This document shows, piece by piece, positions 1 to 13,100 of a stretch of DNA of 64,000 nt; the first letter of the stretch is position 1, and each line of letters begins with the position of its first letter. The stretch comes from Cyanophora paradoxa CCMP329 (taxonomy: Eukaryota > Plantae > Glaucophyta): the NCBI GenBank assembly GCA_004431415.1, contig QPMI01000005.1, positions 62,001 through 126,000 of the forward strand. Direction: 5' to 3'. Below the pieces are notes generated by a model. It was not told where the DNA came from. It ran no database searches and saw nothing but the letters and a program-made list of their open reading frames with translations. The position numbers and the translations under genes were made by a program.

Positions 1-605
1 TCTCGGTTGCTTTAACATGATTACCTGTGCTGTGCGATCGATAGCCGGTGCGGCTCCGGGGGCTGTTGGCGGCGCGCCGCGGGCCACAAATTTGATCACC
101 CGGGTACGCGTATATAAGGCTGCAGAGTTGGCCGCGGCTGCAGCCTTTCGTAGACACGTCGGGGCGCCAACCAGGCGCTTTTCCAGACATCTGCAGGCAG
201 GCGGCGTGTGGGCGAGCGCTCTGCAGCCAGGAAGGCGCGGCCCTAGCAGGCAGCAGCTGAAGCAGACCGCGGGAGCAGGCGAACGAGCGAGATCCCAGGA
301 ACGAGCGTCGCGTGCGCGGGATTTGCAGTCGTTCCGCTCCGCTGCCCCGCTCCGCAGGGCAAGCTTACGTCGCGGCAGGCAACAGGCCAACGAATCCTGC
401 GTGCGTTCGACCTAGAAACACCACAAGCGCACGAAAGACCGATTTCCGGTCGCATTCGCTCGCAGCGCGTCGAATTCCTGAAAGCAGCGGCGTTCTTCGG
501 CAGCTGACGCCCGGGATCGGCTTTCCGGTGAGAGATGTTTGCCTCATGATCAAGCGTAAGCTCACGGCGCACGGCGGCGCGTCAAGATCTAGATTCAATC
601 GAACG

Positions 606-3600
606 ATGGCGGATCATAATCAACAAGGCGGCGCGGGCAGTGCGAACGTGATCGACTGGCAGGAAGCAGAAAAGATGGAGACATTCAAATTTAACCTTGA
701 TTGGCCTCATGATGTGAAGTACTTCCGGATCACGAAGGTGCGCCTCGCAATGCATTGTTGCGATCAAATTGTTTGATTCAACAGCGCTGTTCGCAGGGGG
801 CGGCGCTGTTAATTGGCTTCAGCAACAGCACAAAAACATTCTACTGGAGAGCGCCGAGTGCCAATGACCGGCGCAATGGAAGCTTGCCGCTTCGCGACGT
901 GCATCGATCGAATCTAGTTGCCGAGAACCTGACTCTCAAGGCGTTTAGGTCCGGGCAAATCTTTGTTGCAGCATACTCTTCGAATTCGATTCTTTGGCTA
1001 ACCTTGATGCACGCTCGCAGGATCGTGAGCAAATTCGTGTTCGAAGCCATTCTCACGAACTGCTCCGCTGTGCGCATCGTCGTCGACTCCCAGTCATTCA
1101 AGCCAGTGATGAGCATCAATCCGAAACGTGATGAGCGTGCGGAGGTCACTTCTGTTGTCCCGCTGGACAAAGTTCTGCCTTTCGGCTCCTGGGACGTTGG
1201 GGACTTCAAGGCGTTCGATGCCGCCAACCAGTCAGCCGTGTCGGCGGTGCGCCTGAGTCTGCTGATGCCGACAATCTTCTCTGATCTAATTCTGTGCTAA
1301 TTATAATATGCCTACAGCAAGCGGAGGTTTTCGCCTACAAGTCGCAAGAAGGTCACATCCACATGTTCGATAAGACTGGTGAGAAAAAGACGATCTCTGC
1401 GAGCGAACTCAAGCTCGAGCTCAAGGGTGAGATTATCGACCTCGCCGTCGTGAGTTTCATTTATTACGTGGCCACTCACCTTCATGTGGACGATCTAATA
1501 ATCCTTCCTTAGTCTGATTATGGCGACCTGGGTATTTTCACGGACGCGGGCAGGCTCTACACGTATGCGAAGTCCCAGGGGAGGGTTTCCCCCTCAGTAC
1601 TTTTCGATGCTTCCACGGAGTGCATGCAATTCTCGAAGGTGCACGTGAGCGGCTGGCCATAAATCTCTTCTTGCCTTGCGCCCCACACTCTCTCGCAGCG
1701 CAATGATGCTCTTGTGGCTGTATCGAAGACGGAGATGCGCTTCTTCCCGAAGAAGCGGGGGCACGACTTCGTGCTCCAGGGCCGCGACGTCGCCACGCTC
1801 CGATTCGAGCCGGGCCTTGACGGCAAGCTCCTGGGGCTGGCCGTCGCCCCTGTGAGTGCCTCCAGCTTAGCATTGAGTCGCTTTTAGTCCCATCTTACGA
1901 GCGACGCTTGCAGGACTTCTACTCCACGTGTGTTGTCCACTCGCGTGCAGCCGACAGCCCTCTGACCGTCGTTGTGTACCACCACGTCACTGATTCCAGC
2001 GTGCGCGCGCGTGATCAGCCGCTGCCTTTTCATTGCTACTGACGATGTCGCGAAGGTCGTCTCACATCGCCCGGGGCCTGCCCGTGCCGCGCCTACCCGC
2101 GCCGCGTCCGCCCCATCCAAGGCCGCTGCCGCCCCGGCCAGTTCACCTTCTGCGATGGTTTCTCGTCCGGCTGCCGGTAGTCCGAGCTCGAGCGCGGGCC
2201 TCCAGGCAACCTGCAGCTCGGCCCCCGCGGTCCGCCCGCTCGCGCCTCGCGATCGCGCCCCACCCCGCTTCCCTCTAATAGCTATAGTTCATCACAGGAT
2301 AATGGTGCCTATAGCTACAGCGACATCGCGAGCATCTTGAGCGCCAACACCGATGTCTCCGCTACGCTCGTTCGAAAGGCAGTGCTAGCTCTGGCGGAGT
2401 CAGAGGTCCGCCGGAGCCGTTTAAGATCTCGGGCTTGTTCACAGTTGAGGATATGCTGATAAGGACCTAGGCGAAGGATTTGAGATTGGTTCGGGCGACG
2501 GCCGGTAAGGACAACGCGGAGCTGGAACTTGCTTTGCTGCGTCAGAAGCACGAGGTCTGGGCGCGTGCGCACGCCCCGCCGCGCAAATCGTGACGCCCCT
2601 GCTGCACAGGATCTGCAGGCGCTGCTCGAGCAAGAGAAGGCGACCTCCGACCGCCTGCAGGCATGCTTTATCTCTTCCAGCGCCGTTCTGTGCGCAATAC
2701 GATTCGCTGAGGGACAATCGCGAGCAGGGCGAGGAGAAGGCGCTCACGCTCAAGGTCGCCGACCACGAGGAAAACATCGGCAAGCTGGAGGAGGGCCTCA
2801 AGGCCATAGAGACAGAGCTGGACGCCCGGAAGGTGCCGCCTCCGCCCCGCGCGCGCCTCCCGGCCCGGCGCTGGCCCGTCCTGACCGCCTCTCGGTTGAT
2901 CCGCAGACCGCCGAGGCGGCCGCAAAGGAGGAGGCGGCTCGGGCGACGGCCGCGAAGGAGGGGGCGGAGCGGGCCCTCGCAGCGGAGCGCGGGGAGCGCG
3001 AGGAGCACGAGGTCCGTGTCGGATCGTCCCTCGCGGTCGCTTTTGATCGCCGCCGCCGACGGCGACCCGTCCAGGCGTCTCGGTCCGGGGCCGCTGAGGC
3101 CAACGCCACGAAGGAGCGGGCCGAGAAGGCGATCGCGGTTCGCCCCCTGCGCGCCCGCCCGGCCGGCGAGCCTGCCGACGCCCCGGCCCAGGATCTGCGG
3201 GCGCAGCTCGGGCAGGAGAAGGCAGGCCTCTCCCGCCGGCGCCGCCCTGCGCTGTACGCTCCGCTGAGGACGCTCGTGCGCAGGCGCAGCGGGACGGGCT
3301 GCAGGGCGAGAACGAGGCGCTCAAGGGCAAGGTCACCGCGCACGAGGCGGAGCTGGACGCCCGGAAGGTGCCGCCTCCGCGGCGCGCGCGCCTCCCGGCC
3401 CGGCGCTGGCGCGTCCTGACCGCCTCTCGGCGGATCCGCAGGCCGCCGAGGCCGCCGCAAAGCAGGAGGCGGCTCGGGCGACGGCCGCGAAGGAGGGGGC
3501 GGAGCGGGCCCTCGCAGCGGAGCGCGAGCTCAAGGAGCACGGGGTTAATCCGAGCCCGACTCTGTGCCCGCGCGCCTTGATGTGCATTCACAGACGGCGG

Positions 3601-6274
3601 AGGAGGTGGCCAAGGAAGAGGCGAAGAAGGCCCTCGCTGCGCTGCGCGAGCAGCACGAGGTCCGGATCCGAGCCGCCTTCTCGACCCGGACCCGACGCCC
3701 CCGCTCGTGCAGGAGAAGCTGCGGAAGCTTGTGGAGAGCCTGGGCCTGCCCGCCGATACCTCGATCGACGTGTTCCGCAGCACGTTCGACGAGCTCAAGA
3801 CGGTCAAGGTGCGCGCCCAATGAGCTGAGCTGGGCTCTATCTTCGGTCCCTCCGTGAGAGCCAGCTCTGCTTTGCCCTGAGCGTCGCGCGCGCGTTGCCC
3901 GGCCGCAGGAAGCCTACTACGCGCTCCTGAAGACGCACGACGACTTCCGCGGCTCAGTGCGCTGCGCCCAGCACGGCTCCGGGCCCCCCGCCTTCGTCGT
4001 TGACGCGCCTGCAGGTGGCGCGGGGCCTGGGCATGTCGGCCGCGGCCTCGCTCAGGGACCTCTGCGCCAAGACCGAGGAGCTGCGGACGCTCCGCGGGAC
4101 CGTGCGCCCGCCCCGCGCCCTGCCCCCCTCCCCGCCCCCGCCCACGCCCCGCCCACGCCCCGCCCACGCCCCGCCCTGCCCTTGCCCCATCCCCGCCCCG
4201 GACCCGCGCCTCCCCCTCCCCCTCTTCCCCCTCCCCCTCTTCTCTCTCCCCCCACCCCTCTCCCCAGGCCCCCGGCCCCCGCCCACCTACCCCCTCCGCC
4301 CGCACCCACCCCCACCCCCGCATCCACGCTTGTGTTGCTCACGCACTGTGTCCAGTCGCTTGTGTTGCTCACGCACTGAGCCTCCAGACGGCGCGGCGCG
4401 TGGGCCTGCCCGCTGAGGCCACGACCGATGAGGTCCTAGCCAAGGCCGAGGAGCTCGAGGCGCTCTTCAACGCCGTGCGCCGGCCCCGCCCCGCCCCGTG
4501 CTGCGGCCGTAGTCGCTCATGATCACTCGCCGAGCAGTTGAAGATGAGACTGAGCCTGTCCGACGAGGCTCCGGTCTCGGAGATCCTTCCGGTGCTTGAA
4601 GGGCTTTTTGAAGCGGTGCGCTGCCCCGCTCGGCCCCACGGCCTCGCCCCGACCCGTGATCGTTGTTGTTTACGCGTCAAACTTGCAGATTAGATTGAGC
4701 TTGGGCCTTCCTGCCCAGTACCGGGTCGAGCAGATTCACGACAAGTTCGTGGAGATATGGGATTTCTTCGACGCTGTACGCCCCTTCCCTGCTCCCTCCC
4801 GCCCTTCTCTCTTCATCGCTGATGCGCCGAGCTTGCAGACGACGCAATGCATGGGCCTGCCCGCCAATGCCGAAATCGACGAAGTCAAGGCCAAGGTCGA
4901 GGAGCTCCTGGCGCTCAGCGGTGCCGTGCGCCCCGCCCCGCCCCTTCTCGGATCCGCACCGCCGCCTGTGTTACTCACGCACAGAGCCCGCAGATGGCGC
5001 GGCGCGTGGGCCTGCCCGCTGAGGCCTCGATCGGCGAGGTCCTCGCCAAGGCCGACGAGCACGTGGAGCTCTTCAACGCCGTGCGCCCAGCCATACCCCG
5101 TCATGCCCTTCCCCCTTCATCGTTGCCCACCACCCGCCCCTACCCTCTTATCCCCACGCCCTTTCCCCTCACCACTCGACCGTTGTCGCTCACGCGCCGA
5201 ACATACAGATGATGGAAAGACTGGACTTGCCCCCCGACGCCAGTTCGATGCAGGAGATCCGCGCCAGGGTCGAGAACCATCGCGCTAATTTCGGCGAAGT
5301 GCGCCCAGTCCCAGACCGGCCCGCGGCCATTGTTGCTTACGCGCCGAATCTGCAGTTGGCTGCGGGCCTGTTCCTGCCCGCCGATGCCTCTGTCGCGGAG
5401 ATATGCGCCAAGTTCGAGGAGCTTTGGGGGTTCCTCGACACCGTCCGCCCCGCCCTGCCCCCTCCCGCCCTTCCACCTCAGACCGCGGAGTCTGCAGACC
5501 GCGGAGCACATGGGCCTGCCCGCCAAGGCCACGGCCCAGGCGATTTGCGCCAAGGCTGAAGAGCTTTGGAAGCTCCGCCGGGCCGTGCGCACACCGCCCC
5601 GTTTCGCCGCTGTCGTTGCTCACGCGCCGAACATGCAGACGGTGGAGAGCCTGGGCCTGCCGAGCGAGGCCTCGTTCCAGGAGATCTGCACGAAGGCCGA
5701 GGAGCTCGCGGGGCTTTCGCCCGCCGTGCGCCCCGCCGCTTCTACCCGCCCCGCCCCGCCCAGCCCTGCGGCCTCGTCTTGAGCCGTCCTCGCCTCCTTC
5801 GACAGCTCGACGCGCTCAAGGCCGAGCACAAGGTGCGAGCGGCCGCGGCCGGCGAGGCTCGTTGCTTGAAGCTCGTACTGAAGCCCACCGATGTCGCAGG
5901 CGATGGTCGACCGCGCGGACAAGGCTCTGCAGGCGGCGCGCGTCACCATCGAGGCGCAGGCCAAAGCCGCCAAGGAGCAGGCGGACGCCGCCGCCGCCGA
6001 GGCCCTCAAGCAGATCCACGACGCCCGCTCCATCCTCTCGAATTCGAAAAAGCGCAAGGGCCCCGCTGGCGGCGCCGGCGGCGACGGATCCCAGAGCGCC
6101 TCCAAGCGGGCGGCGGGCGGCGCGGCGGGGTCGGCCCCGAAGCCCGCCGACGGGCAGGAGAACCAGCCGGCGCCGGCCGGGGCCGCCGGGGGCGTGAAGG
6201 GCTCCTCCGAGCTGCGCCCCGGCGGGGTCCTTCCCCTTGGCGCCCACAACCAGCCCGCCGCGGGGCAGCAGTAG
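606..6274 (+). CDS. Multi-exon protein: uncharacterised N-terminal region, coiled coil, ~11 tandem 'LGLP' 29-aa repeats, basic/Gly-Ala tail
   Basis: ATG at 606 (MADHNQQGG...FRITK|gtgcgc). Many short GT/GC-AG introns. Coiled-coil exons (DLQALLEQEK, LTLKVADHEENIGKLEEGLK). The last exon AMVDRADKALQ...AGQQ ends at TAG 6274. Splicing of 850-2550 is only partly resolved, so the 5' part could be a separate gene. Confidence 0.7.
2690..3545 (+). repeat. Intragenic tandem duplication of exon+intron blocks in the coiled-coil region
   Basis: ~2815-3000 and ~3349-3530 are near-identical, including the intron 'gtgccgcctccg...atccgcag' and the exon (T/A)AEAAAK(E/Q)EAARATAAKEGAERALAAER. Confidence 0.9.
3713..5725 (+). 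repeat. Array of one-repeat-per-exon phase-0 exons (mostly 87 nt)
   Basis: Exons 4015-4101, 4388-4474, 4538-4615, 4689-4775, 4839-4925, 4994-5080, 5209-5298, 5356-5442, 5498-5584 and 5639-5725, plus 3713-3808. Each is AG/GT flanked and encodes e.g. TARRVGLPAEATTDEVLAKAEELEALFNA or TVESLGLPSEASFQEICTKAEELAGLSPA. Confidence 0.9.
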
Positions 6275-6873
6275 CGGGGCCGGCGCCCTGCTGTAGCCTG
6301 CTTGCGCGCGCCTCTCCTCGCGGCGCTGGTTGGCCGCGGGCAGATCACCTGTCCGCTGTATTAGTTCGCAGCTTAGTCAATGTATCCACAGCTGCTGTAC
6401 ATGTCGCAGTGTTTCAAAAGCTAGTTTCGCAGCGTTTTCAGTTGTTTTTCAGGCTGCTAGTTTCGCAGCCCTTGCAGATGTTTCATGCTGTTCGTTTCGC
6501 AGCCCTCGCAGATGCTCCATGATTGCGCTGCTTGTACTAGTTTCCGCTGCTCTTTGCAGTCGTTTCACGGTGTTTACACGGGTGTACAGCCCCAGGGGCG
6601 ATCTTTCCATCCTTCATCGAAGTATTGTTCGCTTCGCTTCTCGCAGTCATCGGCAGTCTCACTTTATGCTTAGTTTGTGTAGAGGATCCCCCCGGAACAG
6701 CTGCAGCTCAGAACCAGACTTCAGCTGATAGAAATAAGAACCATACCTAGCTAAAACTGGGGGCCGGGCGCTGCTCTGGGTGTTGGCCATGGGATTTTAG
6801 GACAGGGTATGGGATCGTGCCACGGTGGGGCTCTAGGGCAGTGCCACAGTGGCCTTGTGCACGTGGGTGCTAG

Positions 6874-7454
6874 CTAGCACTCGGGCCGGCGCCAGGCGGC
6901 CGAGGGCGGCAGGCGGCCGCGGCCGCGCGCGGGCTGCCAGGCGGCCCTGAGGCGGGGCTCTGCGTCAGTGCCGACGTGCCGGACCTCGCCCGGCACGTAC
7001 TGGCTCGCCAGGACGTCTGCACGGCCCCGGGGCCCCGGGGTCAGCGCTGGACAGCTCTCGGAGGCGCGAGGGCAGCCGCGCGGACCCTGGGAGATGATCA
7101 TGATGAGCACGACGATCGAGCCTGCAGGGCGAGGAGCCGGCGCCGGCGCCGGATCGAATGGCAGCGATCTCTTGCATTGAGGGGCGGCGCCGGCGGGTGG
7201 GGGTCGAGGGCGGCGTCGAGGGCGGCGAGGGAGAGCCGGAGGAGGCCGGGGTCCGCCGAGCGCAGCGCCAGCGCCCCCGCCCCGCGGCCGGCCCCGGCCC
7301 CGGCCCCGCCCTCCTCCACGAAGCCGGGCCGCCCGCATGCATATGCACAGCACCGGTACCTCCACGTGCACCGCGCGCCCCGGGGTGCGGCGCTACCTGC
7401 TGCGAGTACCCCGCGCTGCAGAGCGGGGCGGGGCGGGGAAGGGGGGGAGGCCTA

Positions 7455-7487
<33 letters not shown>

Positions 7488-7787
7488 AGGGGGGGGGGGG
7501 AAGGGGGGGGTTGGAGCGGGGAGACCTGGAAGTGGGGATGCGGCGGCAGCGGGCCTCATCGGGCCGCGCCGCTGGAGGGCGTCGGTGGCTTATAATTACG
7601 CGCGCACCGTCTTGCGTCGCCGCGTCGCCTCCGCCGCTGCCGCCTCCCGCGGCCGTGTCGCCGTGTCGCCTCCTCCACGCTTCGAGCTCGCGCCGCCCCG
7701 CGCGCGGGTCTCGAAGGCACATTCGGCGGGGGCGGGAACGCTGCGGGGGGGGGGGGGGGGGGGGGGGGAGACCGTGGCGGGCTCCAC
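6874..7787 (-). other. Possible small spliced gene or pseudogene, unresolved
   Basis: Exon-like segments with plausible splice sites (e.g. DVLASQYVPGE) are interrupted by poly-G/C tracts. No clean ORF could be reconstructed. Confidence 0.2.
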
Positions 7788-8556
7788 GGAGACGCCGTGA
7801 CGGGCCGGGGCCGGGGACGCGGGGCACGCTCGGGCGCGGCGGGGCCGGGGCGCGGCCGGCCGGGCGGGCGGCGGCGGGGATCGGGGGCCCCGGCCCCACG
7901 CCAGTACTAATCGAGGCCAAAGGCGGCTCCTGCGACTGCGCCGGCGCGCGGCCTTGGGCGTGGGCGTCGCAGCCGGCGGTGATCGCGATCGCGCGCTCCA
8001 CAGGGACCACTAGCTAGAGAATAACGTCTAGATGACCACTAGATAACAACTAGATAACTATCTAGGTTTTGCAAATCTCGTGAGATAGTCAACTAGTTGT
8101 CAACTAGCTGTCAACTAGCTAGTCGTCCCTGTGCTCCTCTAGATCTAATTCCGTGAGCCGCAGCCGCAGCTGCGCCCTGGCCCGTGGGGGAGGGGAGGGG
8201 GAGCTGGGCCGGGGATCCGGAGGGAGGGGGCGGGGGCGGGGGCGTGGGGGCAGGCGGGCCTGCATGGACTGGCATGCCATGCCCGGACCCGGCGGGCCTC
8301 GCGGGCGGACCCGGGATCCTGAAAGGAGGCCGCGGAGGCTCTCGTCGCCCCCGATCCGCCGCCTCTAGATCTAGATCTCCCCCCAGCCCCGCGCGCGTAC
8401 TGAGGCACTGCGAGAGCGTTCCAAGAGGACGGGTCGGGGTTCTTCGGCATCGCATCATTCTCTAAAAGCGGCCATGGTCAACTGAATAAGCCAAGACACG
8501 ATGTCGAGAGCGGAGGGGATGCAGGTCTACTCTGCGAAGGGCTTCTTTGCAGCAGC

Positions 8557-9324
8557 TCAGTGCTCACGCATGACCTGGAGAATCGCTGGATGGTCAGACA
8601 AATCGAGCAGGCATGACTCCGCGTGGCTAACCTTCACGAGAGAAGTGAAAATGTAGACGGCTGTGACGCCAACAAGGCAATGGCGTGCTGTGTCGAGAAA
8701 GCGCGTCACCGCCGCCGCTGGGCTGTTCGGAACGTTGGGGTTGAATGCGAGCGCCACAGCCGCAGCCGGGCTGTTCGCAACGTTGGGGTTGAACGCTTGC
8801 AGAGCTTGTGTTGCCGCCGCCGCCGGGCTGTTCGGAACGTTGGGGTTGAATGCTTGCAGAGCTTGTGTTGCCGCCGCCGCCGGGCTGTTCGGAACGTTGG
8901 GGTTGAACGCCCCAAGCGCAGCGACTAAAGCGTTCATCAAGGCAGCGCCGGGCCCATACACGTGGTTGTCAATCAGAGCCGGCGCCGTCACCGACTCGCA
9001 TGCGAGCGAAACCTCTTTTGAAAATACACCCCTCATTTCGACCTCCTCTCCGTCCGCAACCGCGGACTCTGCGCGAAAGCAAACAACACCCGCTCAGACA
9101 CTGAGAAAGCGGAGTCGGCGCGCTCGCATACCGGAAAGACTTCCATTTTGAAGGGATCCGGATCGCGTGTCGCCTGCGCGCGCGGCAAGCCAAGTCGGCG
9201 CGCGCGGTACCGGTTGGCAGTTCGGGGAATTAATGACGCCGTAGAGCGCACCAGGCGAATCCATCGGAAGCGGTGGGTCAGGCGTACCGAGTTCTTGAGC
9301 GAGAAGCCCTTGAGAGAGCGCCAT
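8557..9324 (-). CDS. Small spliced protein with 20-aa tandem repeats and a hydrophobic C-terminal segment
   Basis: ATG 9324 MALSQGLLAQEL|GDTRSGSLQNGSLS|ESAVADGEEVEMRGVF... splices in frame through two GT-AG introns into the 8557-9036 ORF. That ORF has (AFNPNVPNSPAAAATQALQ)n repeats and CLVGVTAVYIFTSLVK. The 3' end is uncertain. Confidence 0.55.
8706..8912 (-). repeat. ~60-bp coding tandem repeat, ~3.5 copies
   Basis: 'ccgggctgttcggaacgttggggttgaa' recurs at ~8718, 8766, 8824 and 8880. Confidence 0.9.
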
Positions 9325-9460
9325 ATTCAGCTGCGCAACCGAGGGATAACGCACCGCGTACCCCCGCGACCGGTCGGCGGCCGTCGGCCGCCGGCGCTCG
9401 CCGGTTGGTCCTCGAGAGCCGGCGCGGACCGCGCGGTCGACGTCGCTATAGCAGCAGTGG

Positions 9461-12400
9461 ATGGCCCTGTATCAGCGAGCCCGGGCCGCCTCTAGCTGGA
9501 CCTAGCAGCACGTCGACCCTAGCAGCATTCCCTCGCAACGAGTACTGTGAGCCGTTTCGGGCTTCGCCATCGAGCGCACGGCGCTGACGCAGGTACGTAC
9601 GGACAACCAAGCACGGCGAACTGGGCCGCTGAGACTTACGCACAGACCGGTACCGCACGACCGGGAGTTCCCCGTCGAGCTCTCCATCGGGCGCGCCGCG
9701 TACGGCGGCAAAACGATCGAGGTCCTCGTCGTGCGGGACGTCTCGCAGCGTAAGACGATGGAGTCGGGCATCCAGGCCTCCGAGGCGGCGGCCCGCGTGC
9801 TCGCCGAGGACCTCCGCCGCATCATCACGTCGGCCAACGCGCCCGTCTTCTCGGTGGACGAGGAGCTGCGCGTCACGGGCTGGAACCGCGCCGCCGAGCG
9901 CGTGACGGAGCGGACGGAGGGCGAGATGCTGGGCAGGCCCTTCGCCTCGGTCGTGCTGCCCGACGACGTCGAGCGGGCGACGCGGGCGCTCGAGGAGGCG
10001 CTGCAGGTCAAGGAGGCCGCGGCGCACGAGTGCACGCTGGTCGGCAAGGGCGCCGGGCGGCCCGTGCGGCTGCTCCTCTCGGCGACGGCGCAGCGCGACT
10101 CGGCGGGGGCCACGGTCGGCGTGGTCGTTGTTGGGCAGGACATCACCGAGAAGCGCCGCATGATCGAGATCGAGACCGCCAACGAGACCAAGAAGCGAGC
10201 CCTGCTCTTCTTCTGCGTTCTTCCGAGCCGCCCTGGTCTTACCCTTCTCCGCGCAGCCGCTTCCTGGCGTACACGGTCCACGAGCTGCGCACGCCCCTCA
10301 ACGGCATCCTCGGCATGAACGACCGTGCGCCGCCCCTCCAACAGAGGAAGCCAGCGGAACGCCCGCGAGCTCGCTCTGACTGTGGCCTTGGCCTCTTTTC
10401 GCGCAGTGCTGCGGGAGACGGAGCTCACGGGGGAGCAGCAGGACCTGACGCAGTCGATCCACCAGTGCGGCGAGCAGCTCCCTCGCCATCTTCAACGGTG
10501 CGCTGTACCCCTCCGCGCCACTGCGCCCTCCTAGCTAGGCCCCCCCTCCCCTCCCCCCCCCTCCTTCCCCCCCTTCCCCTCTCTCCCCCCTCCCTATCTG
10601 CCTGAAGCAATAGCTGCGCGCCCCAGCGCTACCGAGACACACCTAGCTACCGAAAGCACTAGCTGGGCCAGCCAGAGCCCTCCCAGGCATCTGACCGCGG
10701 GCCTCACATGAGCCTCACCTGAGCCTCCTCCTCCCCCCAGACCTGCTGGACCTGCACAAGATTGAGGCGGGGAAGGTCGTCCTCGAGTCCATCCCCTTCG
10801 ACCTCCGCGACTGCATCGAGGAGGTCCTCGAGGTGCCCCCGTACCCCCCTTCCCCTGCAGCTATTTATAGCTCGGGCTCCTTCTGGCTTCTTCTATTCAT
10901 AGCTTGAGCTTCTTCTGGTGCGCTGTACTTAGCTCGCTTCGCTTAGCGCGGCTTCCGTTCGGTTTCGGGCGCCCCAAGCCTGTGAGATCAGATTAGATTA
11001 GATTGCTTACGATTCTTAGCTGCTTAAATAGCTTAGCCTAACTACCTTATTATAAGAGGGAAGGGAAGAATCCCCTCGAGGGAAGAAGGGAAGAGCTTTC
11101 TTAGAGGAGTTGAGCTTACTCTTCAAGCTTCCCGCCGTCCCCACCTTTTGTTGCGCGCAGGGGATCGGGATCGACCAGGAGGGCCTCGGCTGCATCTTCG
11201 CCGACTACGTCCAGGTCCGTGTACGCCCGCCCTCAGGTTGGCCCGGTCCCGACGCTGGCGCCCCGCCGGCCGCGCAGGCCGACTCGTCGATCACGCGGCT
11301 GTACGGGGGCACGGGCATGGGCCTCGCCGTCTCCAAGAAGCTCGTCAAGCTCATGGGCGGCCGCATCGGCGTCCAGGTCAGTGCAGGCCAGGCTAGCCCA
11401 GACTAGGCTAGGATGGGCCAGACTGGCCAGGAGTAGGGGCGCGGCTAGCTAGTCTATGCTGGGCTAGGCTGGAAGGGGCGCGGCCCGCCCGCTTCTTCCT
11501 CCTCCTCCTCCGGCCTTGGCCGCCTTTAACCCCGCCCCGCGCCGCCCCGTGCAGTCGGAGCTGAACCGCGGCTCCCGCTTCTACTTCGTCATGACCCTCG
11601 ACCTCGACGCGGAGGCGTACCCCGAGGGCCTCCCCTCCTTCGGGCCGGCCCACAACGAGGAGGCGCGGCGGCCGCCCGGGCGCCGCCCGCCCCCGCCGCT
11701 CGCGTCCCTCGCGGAGGCAGGCGGCCACACGGGCGCGTGGTGGGAGGACGACGACGAGGAGAATGGGGGGGCGGGACCGCGCGGGAGCGGCGGCGAGGGC
11801 GGCGGCGGCGGCGGCGGCGAGGGCGCGGGGCCCTTCCTGCCCCGCTCCCACCGGCCTCCCTCACCGGCGACACCCTCGCCCTCTCCCCGTCCTCCTCCCC
11901 CCCTCCGGCTCCCCATCGCATCCCGGTTGCCGCCCGCCGGACGCCGCTCCTTCCCCCCTCTCCAGCCTCAAGCCCAGCCCCGCCCGGCCGCCCTCATCCG
12001 GGGGGGGACGAGAGCGCCTTCTCCGCGCCCCTGCCCTCGCCCCTGGCGCCCCTGCCGTCCCGCCCGCCCCGTCCCCGGCCTCTCCAGCGCGGCGAGCCTC
12101 CGGCCCCGCGGCGGCGGCGGCGGCGGCCGAGGCCCCGCCCTGCGGCGTGCCTGCGCTGGACGAGTCGCTGCCCTTCCCGCCCCCGTCGGTCATCCCGCCG
12201 CCAGGGGCGCGCCCCCCCGCCGCGGTCGCGCGCGCCCGGGCCGGCTCGCTCGGGGGGGCCCACGCCTCGGTCCTGATCGCCCACCCGGACCCGAACGTGG
12301 CGCACGTCCTCGCGGAGCTCGTCCTCTCGCTGGGCGGGCGGCCCTACGGGAGCGTCCAGGCGGTGCGCGAGGCCTCGGCCGTCTCGCACGCCGTCTGGAA

Positions 12401-13030
12401 GCTGCGCGACGGCGAGCGGCTCGTTTTGCTACTGGACGCGTCGCTCGCCGTTCCGACGGCCCGCGCCTGGCGGCCCCGCGTCTCCTCGGCCGTCTTCGTG
12501 GCCATGCTCGTCTCGCCCCGCCGCCGCGCCGCGCGCGAGCTGCAGGCCGTCCAGTCGCGCGGCAAGCGCGGCGCCTTTCAGGACGCGACGCTGCCCAAGC
12601 CCGTGCGGCTGCACCGCCTGGCGGCCGTCCTCGCGGCCGGCGAGGCGGTCCTCGAGCAGCGGTCCCGCAGGCGCCCGTCGGCGCCCCTCGGGCCCGCGCC
12701 CGCCCCGGAGCTCGCCGAGGGGTACGCGGAGGACGACGAGGGGACTGGGAGGTTGCGGCCTCGGCGGCGGCGCTGCTCGCGGGCCCCGGGGGCGGCCAGC
12801 AGCCCGGCGGATCCCGCCGAGGCTCGCGCAGAGCCTCGCAGAGCCGGCCCCGGGTGGGCCGGTCCGGCGGCCTCGGCCCGAGCCGCGGAGGCGCGCGTCG
12901 GGGCAAGGGTTGGGGTTGCCCCCAAGGGGCGGCCACGGGCGCAGACGCCACCGTGCACATGGCGGCACGGGCGATGGCGGCGGGGGCGGCGGCCGCCGTC
13001 GCCGCGGAGCTGGAGGCGGTGGGGCTCTCT
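9461..13030 (+). pseudogene. Deleted, truncated duplicate of the hybrid histidine kinase (PAS-PAS-HisKA-partial HATPase-pseudo-receiver)
   Basis: PAS motifs EFPVELSIG...VLVVRDVSQRK and ANAPVFSVDEELRVTGWNRAAE; H-box RFLAYTVHELRTPLNGILGM; G2 box [15 protein letters not shown]. Near-identical to the reverse complement of ~60.6-64.0 kb. It lacks the exons carrying [10 protein letters not shown] and NGVKFT, lacks the final receiver, and has an extra C at ~10480. Confidence 0.8.
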
Positions 13031-13100
13031 CGGGCCCCGGCCCCGGGTGGGCCGGTCCGGCGGCCTCGGCCGGCCCCAAGCCCCGTACGGAGGCGCGCGG

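Noticed and set aside
2668-4323. Long antisense and alternative-frame ORFs (e.g. 551 aa here; also 11516-13153, 60448-62301, 53973-55193)
   Set aside because: They are R/G/P/A-rich by-products of high GC content overlapping spliced genes.
4015-5725. DnaJ/J-domain call for the LGLP repeats
   Set aside because: There is no HPD motif and each unit is only ~29 aa.
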